Sequence record: DRR378314_244 | Direction: 5' to 3' (one strand) | Length of the DNA: 52,403 bases | Shown: positions 9,559 to 18,837 of the stretch, one piece after another | Numbering within the stretch: the first letter of the stretch is position 1 | Layout of the letters: each line of letters starts with the position of its first letter | Notes under the pieces: model-generated | What the model saw: the letters and a program-made list of their open reading frames with translations, nothing else | What the model was told of the DNA's origin: nothing | Databases searched by the model: none | Position numbers and translations under genes: made by a program

Positions 9559-10439
9559 TATCCCTGCTCTCTTTTCCAAATGATCAGACCGGCCCCCATG
9601 ATCACCACGGCCCCAGATATCGTCCAGATGTCAGGCACAGTTCCGAACAACAGATACCCCCAGATCGCAACATAGATCAGGAAGGAATAGGTAAATGGCA
9701 TCAACTGGTTGGCACTGCCAAATCGGTGCGCATTGGTCAACAGTTGATGCCCTGCCCAGCCCATGGCACCTAGGCCGATCAGCACCACCATCGCCCAGCT
9801 TGACGCGGGTGGCACCCATGTCCAGATCGCAAACGGCAGCAGGATCAGGGTGCCAACAAGACCCAGATAGAGCTGCATGGTTTCCACCGCCACGATCCCC
9901 GAAAGCCTGCGGGTCATGATCGAATAGAAGGCCAGCGCGGTTGCATTATAAAGAATAAGCAGCATGGCAGGATGAAAGGCGGTGCCAAAGGGCCGGACAA
10001 CAATCAAAACACCCACAAACCCAAGCAGGATTGCACCCCAACGCCAGCGCCCAACCTTTTCACCCAACACGGAAATCGACAGAAAACATACGATGACCGG
10101 GCTGGAGAACATGATCGCCGACACAACCGTCAGCGGAAGAAACTGCAGCGCATAGAAGTTGCACAGGGTTGCGGTGACCAGCAGCACGGCGCGGCTGACC
10201 ACTTGCCACAGGTGGTCCGTCTTGAACCGATCCAGCGTCAAGCCACCACCCGCCACAACACCAATCGAGATCGCGAAATGACCTGCGTAGCGCATGAACG
10301 CCAGCTGGAACGCTGGAACGCCCGCCACCGCCAGCCATTTCGCACCGGTATCCACCAGAGAAAACAACAGCCATGCCGCCAACATCAAAACAATACCAAA
10401 GCGTGGCAAATCTACGTTGGAACGGGCGGTGACGGCCAT
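9558..10439 (-). CDS. DMT/EamA-family transporter
   Basis: About 10 hydrophobic segments; LGEKVG..RW..ILLGFVGVLIVVRP. Confidence 0.9.
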   Translation of the reverse strand: MAVTARSNVDLPRFGIVLMLAAWLLFSLVDTGAKWLAVAGVPAFQLAFMRYAGHFAISIGVVAGGGLTLDRFKTDHLWQVVSRAVLLVTATLCNFYALQFLPLTVVSAIMFSSPVIVCFLSISVLGEKVGRWRWGAILLGFVGVLIVVRPFGTAFHPAMLLILYNATALAFYSIMTRRLSGIVAVETMQLYLGLVGTLILLPFAIWTWVPPASSWAMVVLIGLGAMGWAGHQLLTNAHRFGSANQLMPFTYSFLIYVAIWGYLLFGTVPDIWTISGAVVIMGAGLIIWKREQG

Positions 10440-10442
10440 CTG

Positions 10443-11330
10443 CTAGCCTTTGAAGTGGTTGGCGTAGAAATCGACCATCTGGCTAACCATTTCCTCTCCT
10501 TGCCCACTGTCGCGTGCCTTGTTCAGCGCAGTAAGCGTGCCTTTCGACATCATGGAATCCACACCCGCATCATCGGCCATCCGGGCATAATACCCAACAT
10601 CCTTGGCCGCATTCTTGATCGCAAAGGCGAGCATCGTCGGATCCTTATCCACCCCGTAGGCTTTGACAAAATCCATCATGCCGGAATGCAATGGGCCAGC
10701 GGCCATGACATCATATAATTGCGCCCGGTCAACCCCGGCGACATCCGCCATAGCAAATGCTTCGGCCATCGCATTCGCCACCGTCATGCCAAAGAAATTA
10801 TTGATCAGTTTGATGGTATGCCCCGATCCGACAGCCCCAAGGTGAAAAACGTTTTCGCCTAGATCCTTCAGCACCGGTTCGACCGCATCAAAAGCTGCCT
10901 TGTCACCAGAGGCCATGATATTCAGCAACCCGTCCTTGGCATGGGAGGGCGTGCGGCCCAAAGGCGCGTCAAGGAAACTGCCGCCCGCGGCACCAACCTC
11001 CGCCGCCAGCGCGCGCGAACTGCCCGGCAACGACGTGCCGAAATCAACCACGGTGGCCCCTTTGCGCAGCCCGGCAATGACACCCTGATCACCACGCATG
11101 CGCGATTCCACATGATCCGACGTACCCATACAAAGCATCACAATATCGCTTGCCTCGGCCACGGCTTTTGCATTTTCCGCCTCAACGGCCCCGCGTGCGA
11201 TGGCGGCATCCAGATAGGTCCGGTCGCGGTTGCCCAGCACCGTCACATCATAGCCAAGATCCTGCAGGCGACCCACCATTGCGCCCCCCATCAGGCCTAG
11301 GCCAATAAATCCGATTGTTGGTTTGCTCAT
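10443..11330 (-). CDS. NAD(P)-dependent oxidoreductase, 3-hydroxyisobutyrate dehydrogenase/tartronate semialdehyde reductase family
   Basis: IGFIGLGLMG, FLDAPLG, GSGHTIKLINN and KDVGY motifs. Confidence 0.9.
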   Translation of the reverse strand: MSKPTIGFIGLGLMGGAMVGRLQDLGYDVTVLGNRDRTYLDAAIARGAVEAENAKAVAEASDIVMLCMGTSDHVESRMRGDQGVIAGLRKGATVVDFGTSLPGSSRALAAEVGAAGGSFLDAPLGRTPSHAKDGLLNIMASGDKAAFDAVEPVLKDLGENVFHLGAVGSGHTIKLINNFFGMTVANAMAEAFAMADVAGVDRAQLYDVMAAGPLHSGMMDFVKAYGVDKDPTMLAFAIKNAAKDVGYYARMADDAGVDSMMSKGTLTALNKARDSGQGEEMVSQMVDFYANHFKG

Positions 11331-11369
11331 GTCATGTCCTTTCAAACATTTCGAAAATGCGTTTCTGCA

Positions 11370-12383
11370 TCATGCTGTTCTGATCTTGTCGGCTGAGGGC
11401 CAGTTGGGTGCCACAAGCTGGGCTTCGATTCCCGCTGCTAGCTCCAATGTACGGGCCGCATCCGCCACATCAATCAAGGGGGTCGCACCCTCTATGACCT
11501 CAAGAAAATGATCAAGCTGCGCGGCAAGCGGCGGGAGAGTATTTTCAGCAGGGTCTAGGGGAACCTGCTGCGCCGCAGTTCCCCAATCCGTACCGTTCCA
11601 CACTGTCATCGAGGGGAAACTGACAGCCCCCCTGGTGCCAGTGATCCACAACATATCCTGACCTGTAGTGCCGATGTTCGGGTTCTCTCCGGTACTGGCC
11701 TCAAACCCCCACGGCGAAGGCGCGCTATCGGCAAAACCGATCGTACCTGTTGCACCGTTTTCAAAAGCCAGCGCAATTGCACCGCTTTCAATGCGTTCGC
11801 CATCCCGGTGGTTCTTGCCGCGTAACGCCACTGTTTCGCTGATTTCACCGATACAGAACCGCAGCAAATCAATATCATGAACAAGGTTGATCATCACCGG
11901 GCTGCCCCCCGCCGCCCGCCAGTTGCCTTCAAAATAGCCATCCGGTTTGCGCATCGCCCAGATCAACATGGTGTTGATAACCTGTCCGATGCGACCCTGT
12001 TCAATCAGCGTCTTTAGCTGTTGAACACTGGCGTGGTACCGCCGGTGATGTCCAACCAACGCCCGCAGGTTCGTCCCCTGTAATGCGTCCTTCAACACCT
12101 GTGCTTGTTGCGGCGTTGCGGTCACCGGTTTTTCGATCAACATGTGCCAACCCCGTGCCGCAGCGGCCCTGCCATGCTCGGCGTGCAGCGCCGTCGGGGT
12201 GGCAATGATCACGCCATCCACCGTGTCGCTGACATCGTCCATTGTAGCAAACCGCGCTGTATCCGCATTAACCGACATGTCAGGATCAACCAAGCCAACC
12301 AGTTGGCATCGCTCATGGCCCTGCACCGCATGGACATGGCGCATACCGATCAGACCGCCGCCGATGACCAAAATGCGTTTCAC
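11370..12383 (-). CDS. Gfo/Idh/MocA-family oxidoreductase
   Basis: IGGGLIG, ATPTALH, LIEKPV, VGHHRRY, GGSPVMINLVHDID. Confidence 0.92.
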   Translation of the reverse strand: MKRILVIGGGLIGMRHVHAVQGHERCQLVGLVDPDMSVNADTARFATMDDVSDTVDGVIIATPTALHAEHGRAAAARGWHMLIEKPVTATPQQAQVLKDALQGTNLRALVGHHRRYHASVQQLKTLIEQGRIGQVINTMLIWAMRKPDGYFEGNWRAAGGSPVMINLVHDIDLLRFCIGEISETVALRGKNHRDGERIESGAIALAFENGATGTIGFADSAPSPWGFEASTGENPNIGTTGQDMLWITGTRGAVSFPSMTVWNGTDWGTAAQQVPLDPAENTLPPLAAQLDHFLEVIEGATPLIDVADAARTLELAAGIEAQLVAPNWPSADKIRTA

Positions 12384-13882
12384 ATCACCGCTCCGATTTG
12401 CCAGGGTACAAATTCGTAATCCCCCAGACCCTGTGCCTCGGATTTGGTCACCTCACCTGATGCAACCCGCAGGAACATCTGATAAATCTCGCGGCCCTTG
12501 TCTTCGATACTGATGCCTTTTGACAGAACCTCGCCCGCATCGATGTCCATATCTTCATGCATGCGCCTTGCCATTTCAGTATTGGTGGCAATCTTGATTG
12601 TCGGTGCTGGTTTGGACCCAAAGGCCGATCCGCGTCCGGTTGTGAAGCACACCAGATTGCATCCCCCGGCAATTTGCCCGGTAACCGACGCGGGATCATA
12701 ACCGGGAGAATCCATAAACGTGAAGCCCCGCGCGGTTACTGGCTCTGCATATTTGAAAACGCCAGTCAGCGGGCTGGTCCCGCCCTTTGCCGCCGCGCCC
12801 AGCGATTTCTCAAGGATTGTCGTCAGCCCGCCCTTTTTGTTGCCGGGAGACGGGTTGTTGTCCATCGAACCCTTGTTGCGGGCAGTGTAATCTTCCCACC
12901 ATTTTATCAGACGGATCAGTTTTTCACCGGTTGCCTGATCCACCGCGCGCCGGGTCAATAAATGCTCCGCACCATAGATCTCGGGCGTTTCGGCCAATAC
13001 GCCTGTCGCCCCTTGGGCTGTCAGCAGATCACACGCATAGCCCAGCGCGGGATTTGCCGTGACCCCGGACCAGGCATCAGAACCACCGCATTGCAGCGCG
13101 ACCATCAATTCGGATGCAGGGCATTCCGTCCGCCTTGCCTTGTTTGCAATCGGCAACATCGCTTTGATCTTGTCGATGCCCATTTCGACCGTGCGGCGCA
13201 GGCCCGCAACATTCTGGATGTTCATCGTTTGAAAGACCGGGCTTTGTTTCAGACCATATGCCTCCAGCAGCCAATCAATCTGGTTCATCTCACATCCCAG
13301 ACCCACCATCAAAACAGCTGCGTGATTAGGGTGTTTGGCATAACCCCACATTACGCGTTGCAGGGCCTCGAACCCGTCACCGTCCCCCGCCATGCCACAA
13401 CCGGTGCCGTGCACAAAGGCCACAACCCCATCAACATTGGGATATTCTGCCAGAACCTCGGGGGTAAAATGATCCGCGATCATCCGCGCGGCGGTGGCGG
13501 AACAATTCACCGATGTCACGATAGCGATGTAATTACGCGTACCGACGCGGCCATTCTCCCGACGATACCCCATAAAGCTGTCTTGGGTCTTGGCCGCCGC
13601 CACCGGGCGTAAATCAGTTGAAAATTCGTAAGCTCTATCCGTATTTCGGAAAGCCACGTTATGCGTGTGCACGTGATCGCCCGCCGCAATATCTTCCGAC
13701 GCATAGCCGATCAGCTGCGCATATTTTCGTACCGGATCACCTGCGGACATTGCTTTGGTTGCAACCTTGTGACCAGAGGGGATCGATGCAGTTGTCGCCA
13801 CATCTTCAATCTGTGTTCCGGCTTCAAGCGGTCGGGTCGCGGTGACTACCGTATCCGCGCGGTCTAAACGTACAAAATCCAT
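12380..13882 (-). CDS. UxaA/GarD-family acid-sugar dehydratase with N-terminal SAF domain
   Basis: IPSGHKVA...HVHTHN (SAF domain), GRVGTRNY, HGTGCG, GLGCE, LQCGGSD..SGVTANPALG, NNPSPGNKKGGLTTILEKSLG, FTTGRGS. Confidence 0.93.
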   Translation of the reverse strand: MDFVRLDRADTVVTATRPLEAGTQIEDVATTASIPSGHKVATKAMSAGDPVRKYAQLIGYASEDIAAGDHVHTHNVAFRNTDRAYEFSTDLRPVAAAKTQDSFMGYRRENGRVGTRNYIAIVTSVNCSATAARMIADHFTPEVLAEYPNVDGVVAFVHGTGCGMAGDGDGFEALQRVMWGYAKHPNHAAVLMVGLGCEMNQIDWLLEAYGLKQSPVFQTMNIQNVAGLRRTVEMGIDKIKAMLPIANKARRTECPASELMVALQCGGSDAWSGVTANPALGYACDLLTAQGATGVLAETPEIYGAEHLLTRRAVDQATGEKLIRLIKWWEDYTARNKGSMDNNPSPGNKKGGLTTILEKSLGAAAKGGTSPLTGVFKYAEPVTARGFTFMDSPGYDPASVTGQIAGGCNLVCFTTGRGSAFGSKPAPTIKIATNTEMARRMHEDMDIDAGEVLSKGISIEDKGREIYQMFLRVASGEVTKSEAQGLGDYEFVPWQIGAVM

Positions 13883-13889
13883 GGTCCCC

Positions 13890-15512
13890 TCAGAGCAACA
13901 AAGAAATGATATCGGGCCAGATCAACAGCACCGAAAGCGCGAGGATCTGGATGCCGATAAAAGGCAGGAACCCCCGAAAGATATCTGTCAGGCTGATATG
14001 CGGCGGTGCCACTGATTTCAGGTAGAACGCCGCAGGCCCAAAGGGTGGCGACAGGAAACTGACCTGCATGTTCATGCAAAAGACCACACCAAACCAGATT
14101 GCCACATGTTGCGGATCAAGCTGGCCGATAAACCCGATTTCCTCAATCGGCAGGCGCAAAACGATGGGCAGGAACACAGGAATGATCAGCAGTACAATGC
14201 CAACCCAGTCCATGAACGCGCCCATGAACAGCAGGATCACCATCATCGTCAGGATCACCCCCATGGTAGGGAGGTCCTTGCCCACAATCAAATCCGCCAC
14301 ATATTGTGGCCCCCCTGCAATGGTATAGGCCCCCGCAAGCGATGCTGCGCCAATTGTGACCCAGATGATTGTGCCGGTCGAACGCAGGGTCCGCATCAGG
14401 CTTTCCCAGACCAGTTCAAACGACCCTTCACCGCGCAGGATGGCGATGATCAGAACCGCCGCTGCCCCCATGCCGGCCGCTTCAGTTATACCGGTTATAC
14501 CGCCATAGATTGACCCCATCACAACGCCGATCACAACCATGGGGGCGACCAGCCCCTTGCCCATGTTCCAACCAATTTTCGCGCGTTCCTTGCCAAAAAC
14601 AAAATAGATCAGCAGCAGCGCGGCAATGGTGATGCCCGCCAACCAAGGCATATGTGCAGCAGTGCCAAGCCGCGCAGGATCGCCGTCACTGGCCGCGTTA
14701 GAGCCTGACAATTCAAAGAAGGCGGCGCGCAGGAACAGGAAGGCGGCAAAACCTGCAATCACGATCGACATAAACGCCATGAACAACAGGCGTTTCTCGC
14801 CGCGCGGCGGATCATTTGGATCTTCCTCCGGCAGTGGCGCATCTTCAGGGTGCAGTTGGGTGCGGATGATGATGTAGGTGATGATCATCAAGGCCAGCAT
14901 AAAGCCGGGAATGAAAGAGGCCGTGAACAATGCTTTGATCGAAGTCTCGGTGATCAGGCCATAGATGATCAGCACAATTGACGGCGGGATCATGGTGCCC
15001 AGAGAACCGGAGGCACAGATCACACCGATTGCAAGGTTCTGATTATATCCCAGACGCAACATCTGCGGCAGGGCGATCAGGCCCAGCAACACCACCTCAC
15101 CCCCGATAATCCCTGACATCGCAGCCATGATCACAGCCATGACAGACGTCACAATCGCGATGCCGCCACGGGTACGGGAAAGCCAGACATTCAACGAGGA
15201 ATACATATCCTTCGCAATGCCGGAACGCTCGAGCAAAGACGCCATAAAGATGAACAACGGCACGGATATCAGGACATAATCCGTCAACAGCCCGTATATT
15301 TTCTGCGCCAGAATATACAGCGGCCCGGTGCCCGGCCTGCCCGTCAATATGCCATCCCCGAAACTAAACGGGTTTGTCAGCAAGGCCGGTTCAAACTTCA
15401 TCACCAGAACCAGCACAGCAAGGGAAGCTGATGCCAGGCCAAGCGGCATCCCAATCGCCAGCAATACGATAAGCGCCAGCATCAGGATCAGCGAAATTGT
15501 TCCAATATCCAT
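13890..15512 (-). CDS. TRAP transporter large permease DctM (540 aa, with internal insertion)
   Basis: SVPLFIFMA, ASGSLGTMIPPSIVLIIYG, LFTASFIPG, NMQVSFLSPPFG. Confidence 0.93.
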   Translation of the reverse strand: MDIGTISLILMLALIVLLAIGMPLGLASASLAVLVLVMKFEPALLTNPFSFGDGILTGRPGTGPLYILAQKIYGLLTDYVLISVPLFIFMASLLERSGIAKDMYSSLNVWLSRTRGGIAIVTSVMAVIMAAMSGIIGGEVVLLGLIALPQMLRLGYNQNLAIGVICASGSLGTMIPPSIVLIIYGLITETSIKALFTASFIPGFMLALMIITYIIIRTQLHPEDAPLPEEDPNDPPRGEKRLLFMAFMSIVIAGFAAFLFLRAAFFELSGSNAASDGDPARLGTAAHMPWLAGITIAALLLIYFVFGKERAKIGWNMGKGLVAPMVVIGVVMGSIYGGITGITEAAGMGAAAVLIIAILRGEGSFELVWESLMRTLRSTGTIIWVTIGAASLAGAYTIAGGPQYVADLIVGKDLPTMGVILTMMVILLFMGAFMDWVGIVLLIIPVFLPIVLRLPIEEIGFIGQLDPQHVAIWFGVVFCMNMQVSFLSPPFGPAAFYLKSVAPPHISLTDIFRGFLPFIGIQILALSVLLIWPDIISLLL

Positions 15513-16354
15513 CAGTCCTGCCCCACTGCACGTTTCATCGCATCGATCTCTTCCTGATCCGGCTCATCGGTGTGAACCTCTGGCATCTTGTTCCAATCCT
15601 GAAACAGGTTCAGCACCGCCTGCAGGGCAACCAGCGTAATCACGATCAACACCATCGGCTGCAAGGTGGCAGGGATCGGCGGGTTGAAAGCAGAGCCGTA
15701 CAGCTCCCATTTATAGAGCTTGTTCACAAAGACCTGTTTGTAGCTGCCGTAGACCAGAAAGAAGGCAAACAGCACGATCAACAGGGTCGAGACGCTATCA
15801 AACACCCGTTGCAGCCAACGGGGCACCAGATCATAGAGCAGGAAGATGCGGATGTGGCTGCGCTGCTGCATGGCGTAAAACCCTGACAGCAAGAAAGTGA
15901 AGCTGGCGAACCACAGGGTCATCTCGTTTGCCCACTCGGTTGGCTTTTCCATGATGTAGCGCATGAAAACCTCGTAAAGCATCACAAGGGTCATCACCGC
16001 GATCATCATCATCGTCACCCGCCCGATGAAAAGGGCCGCGCGATCCAGGGTACTGGCTCCCGGAAGCTCCATCCCGGAAGGACGCACCCCCCGCGCCCCG
16101 ATAAACCCGATGATCGGCGTCAGGATCAGAGCGGTGAGATCAACAATGTCGATATGCCCACCAAAGATGCCCGGCAGATCCGGCGTAACATCAGATCGCA
16201 GATAGATCGCTTCGACCTGCCCGCGCAAACTGTCAGAGGTATAGGGAATCCAATCCAGCAGGAAAGCCGGCAAATGCCAGACCAGCCACGCCGTGGTGGC
16301 GACAAAAGCCAGAGGGACAAGCCATTCGGAAATCTCACCAGTGCTTCTTTGCAT
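15512..16354 (-). CDS. TRAP transporter small permease DctQ with N-terminal extension
   Basis: YEVFMRY..EKPTEWANE and SHIRIFLLY motifs in the C-terminal half; about 100 extra N-terminal residues. Start 16354 (ATG) or 16369 (TTG). Confidence 0.88.
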   Translation of the reverse strand: MQRSTGEISEWLVPLAFVATTAWLVWHLPAFLLDWIPYTSDSLRGQVEAIYLRSDVTPDLPGIFGGHIDIVDLTALILTPIIGFIGARGVRPSGMELPGASTLDRAALFIGRVTMMMIAVMTLVMLYEVFMRYIMEKPTEWANEMTLWFASFTFLLSGFYAMQQRSHIRIFLLYDLVPRWLQRVFDSVSTLLIVLFAFFLVYGSYKQVFVNKLYKWELYGSAFNPPIPATLQPMVLIVITLVALQAVLNLFQDWNKMPEVHTDEPDQEEIDAMKRAVGQD

Positions 16355-16371
16355 TCCCGTTGCCCCCAAAC

Positions 16372-17541
16372 CTAAACATCTATTTCGTAGTATTTTATGA
16401 AATCCGTATCAGGCGTCACGCCGATCCCTGCGCCGGTTGGAATAGCAACCCGCCCGTTGTTGGCCTTGACCTGCGCCTGAATGTCCAACGGTTCGACCAG
16501 CAGCTCATCGCGGAATTTGTTGTCTGTTGTGTCAAACTCCAGCATCGGCTCCCATGGATGCAATCCACCCGGCAGCGGTGGCATGGCGGCAAGCAATTGC
16601 AGATTGGTCGCAACGGCAATCGCGCTGCCCCAGACGTGATTGATAACGGGCGTGAAATGCGCGTGGCATAGGGCAAGAACACGCAAATATTCGCTGACTC
16701 CGCCCAGTGCACAGACCTCTGGCTGCGCGATATCAAGGCCGCGGTTCTCTAGAATGCCGCGCCAGCCCCAACGATTAAATTCTGCCTCGCCGCCGGAAAT
16801 GTTCACACGCAGGCCCGCGCGCAATTCGCGATAACCCTCCAAATCTTCCGGCGCGATGGGCTCTTCGAACCAATAGGCATCAAGCTCTTCCAAGGCCCGC
16901 CCTACATAAAAGGCGTCCGACGTGGTGTAGCAATGGTTGGCGTCGACCATGAACCGAAAATCGTCGCCAACACCGCGCCGCACCGCTTTGCAAAGCTGCA
17001 CATCGGGTTTCGGACCAAACCCGACCTTCATCTTGGTTGCGGCAAACCCCATCCCCTTGATCGCTGCCGCCTCATCCTCAAACCGCGCCGCCAGCTCCAA
17101 GACCGGTTCATCACGCAACATCATGCCATATCCATAACATGGCACGTCATCGCGATGGGCCCCGCCGATCAGCTTGTGCAGGGGTAGACCCGCCACCTTG
17201 CCGGCAATATCCCACAGGGCAATATCCACACCGGACAGGGCCTGCATCGGCATCCCTTTCTGTCCGTGATCTCGCAGAAGGTTGTATACCCTGTGCCAAA
17301 TCACGTCCCGATCCACCGGATCCATCCCCAGCACCATCGGCTGGATCACCTTCTCCACAATCCCTTTATTCGCAATTGCAATATTGCCCGGACCGAAACA
17401 CTCGCCCCAACCGGTCACGCCTTCATCCGTCTGCACCTCAACCAGATGCGCGGACCGCTTGGCGTAATACTGCTGCGAATACCCCAGAACCTCGGGCAAA
17501 TCGTAAGACAGCACATGGCTGATGATGCGGGTGATTTTCAT
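16372..17541 (-). CDS. Enolase-superfamily (mandelate racemase subgroup) enzyme, D-galactarolactone cycloisomerase-like
   Basis: GWGEC.GP, LRDHGQKG, ALSGVDIALWDI, KMK, VDANH, WFEEP, GGE, HVWG, EPMLEFD. From recall this closely resembles Agrobacterium Gci. Confidence 0.85.
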   Translation of the reverse strand: MKITRIISHVLSYDLPEVLGYSQQYYAKRSAHLVEVQTDEGVTGWGECFGPGNIAIANKGIVEKVIQPMVLGMDPVDRDVIWHRVYNLLRDHGQKGMPMQALSGVDIALWDIAGKVAGLPLHKLIGGAHRDDVPCYGYGMMLRDEPVLELAARFEDEAAAIKGMGFAATKMKVGFGPKPDVQLCKAVRRGVGDDFRFMVDANHCYTTSDAFYVGRALEELDAYWFEEPIAPEDLEGYRELRAGLRVNISGGEAEFNRWGWRGILENRGLDIAQPEVCALGGVSEYLRVLALCHAHFTPVINHVWGSAIAVATNLQLLAAMPPLPGGLHPWEPMLEFDTTDNKFRDELLVEPLDIQAQVKANNGRVAIPTGAGIGVTPDTDFIKYYEIDV

Positions 17542-17566
17542 GGTGTTCCGAAGGTCAGAGGGGCAA

Positions 17567-17596
17567 GCGGCAAGGCCATGTGAACAGCCTTGCCGC
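17567..17596 (-). terminator. Stem-loop downstream of dctP (mRNA stabiliser or partial terminator)
   Basis: Perfect 10-bp stem GCGGCAAGGC/GCCTTGCCGC with a 10-nt loop and a weak U tract. Confidence 0.6.
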
Positions 17597-17622
17597 ATAG
17601 TCAGCTCAGCAAAAGCTGCTGA

Positions 17623-18645
17623 TCACTTCATCGCACCCATGTCCTTGAGAAAGGAAATATGGCTTTCGAGAAGCGCCGTAGCCTCCGGTGTTGTTGCAAA
17701 CTCCGTCCAGCCGATTTGCACAGCAGCACGGTATTTAGCCAGATCCTCAGGTGTCCATTCATACAGGTTCACACCCTTGGCCGTCAGATCCTTGGCCGTC
17801 TGGGCGTTCTGCACCTCGTTAATGGTCGCATTGTGCAAGGCAAGGCTGTCCATGGCGACTTGCATGATGCGTTTATGGTTCTCCGGCATCGCGTCCCAAA
17901 CATCCTTGCGGCAGGCAAGGTGGTCAGCGGGCATCGAGTGGAAGCCCGGAAAGTTGGTATGTGTTGCGATGTCATACAGGCCCAAACCAACGTTATTCGT
18001 CAGATTCGCTGCATCGGCCCCGTCAATGATACCTGTCTCAAGCGCGGTAAAGATCTCGTTGAAATCCATCACAATCGGGGATGCGCCCATCGCCGCAAAA
18101 ACCTTGGTCGCAAGACCGGGAGGTGAGCGGAACTTCCAATCCTTGAAGTCATCCGCATTGCGGATCGGCGATGTTGAAGCCAGCGATTCAGGGCCGGGAA
18201 TCCACCAGCCAATGAATTGCATATCATAGCCATTATAAAGATCGTTCAGCGCGGCACGCCCGTCACCATGCAGCAACCATGCCATCTGCTGATAGGGGTT
18301 TTGATAGCCGCCCATCAGGTCACCGGCAAACTGAAACGCCGGGTTTTTACCCGTCTGATAGGCACCTCCGGTCATGTCACAATCAAGAATACCAGTTGCA
18401 GCTGCGTCAAAGGTTTCCACCGATTTCACAACAGAAGAGGAATAGAACATCTCTATCGCGATCTCGCCATTCGACATGGTTTGCACATCATCGATATATT
18501 TGGCGGCCATCTTGCCCGAGAGCGTTTCCGGCGAGAAATGTGTCTGAATGCGCAGCTTCGTTGATGCATGGCCATCTGCCATCGCGGTTCCGGCCGCCAT
18601 CGCCGCAGCGACGGCCACTGAGGCCGCTGTCTTGAATAGTTTCAT
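17623..18645 (-). CDS. TRAP transporter substrate-binding protein DctP
   Basis: Signal peptide MKLFKTAASVAVAAAMAAGTAMA after a GGGAGG RBS; MSNGEIAIE, KFRSPPG, EIFTALETGIIDGAD. Confidence 0.93.
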   Translation of the reverse strand: MKLFKTAASVAVAAAMAAGTAMADGHASTKLRIQTHFSPETLSGKMAAKYIDDVQTMSNGEIAIEMFYSSSVVKSVETFDAAATGILDCDMTGGAYQTGKNPAFQFAGDLMGGYQNPYQQMAWLLHGDGRAALNDLYNGYDMQFIGWWIPGPESLASTSPIRNADDFKDWKFRSPPGLATKVFAAMGASPIVMDFNEIFTALETGIIDGADAANLTNNVGLGLYDIATHTNFPGFHSMPADHLACRKDVWDAMPENHKRIMQVAMDSLALHNATINEVQNAQTAKDLTAKGVNLYEWTPEDLAKYRAAVQIGWTEFATTPEATALLESHISFLKDMGAMK

Positions 18646-18762
18646 GTTGTCCTCCCAGACGTTGAGCGTGATATCGGAGGTCTGCATGCCCCCGCTCGAA
18701 AAACGCCGCTTGATGGTAGGCTCGCGAATCAAATCCAACAAGAAAAAAGTGAAATTCTTAAT

Positions 18763-18793
18763 AATTTCGAGATTATACTATATTCTCGAAATT
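18763..18793. promoter_or_regulatory. Palindromic operator between dctP and the GntR regulator
   Basis: AATTTCGAGA-ttatactatat-TCTCGAAATT: perfect 10-bp arms in a strongly AT-rich divergent promoter region. Confidence 0.75.
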
Positions 18794-18837
18794 TTATAAG
18801 ATAACTTGTAGACCACAAAGACAGGGTTATCCAGACA

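Noticed and set aside
17542-18741. Extended N-termini in the ORF track (for example 17598 and 18741; likewise 33400, 34725, 40653, 48886)
   Set aside because: Downstream starts have better RBSs and match family N-termini or signal peptides; the extensions run through intergenic hairpins or neighbouring genes.
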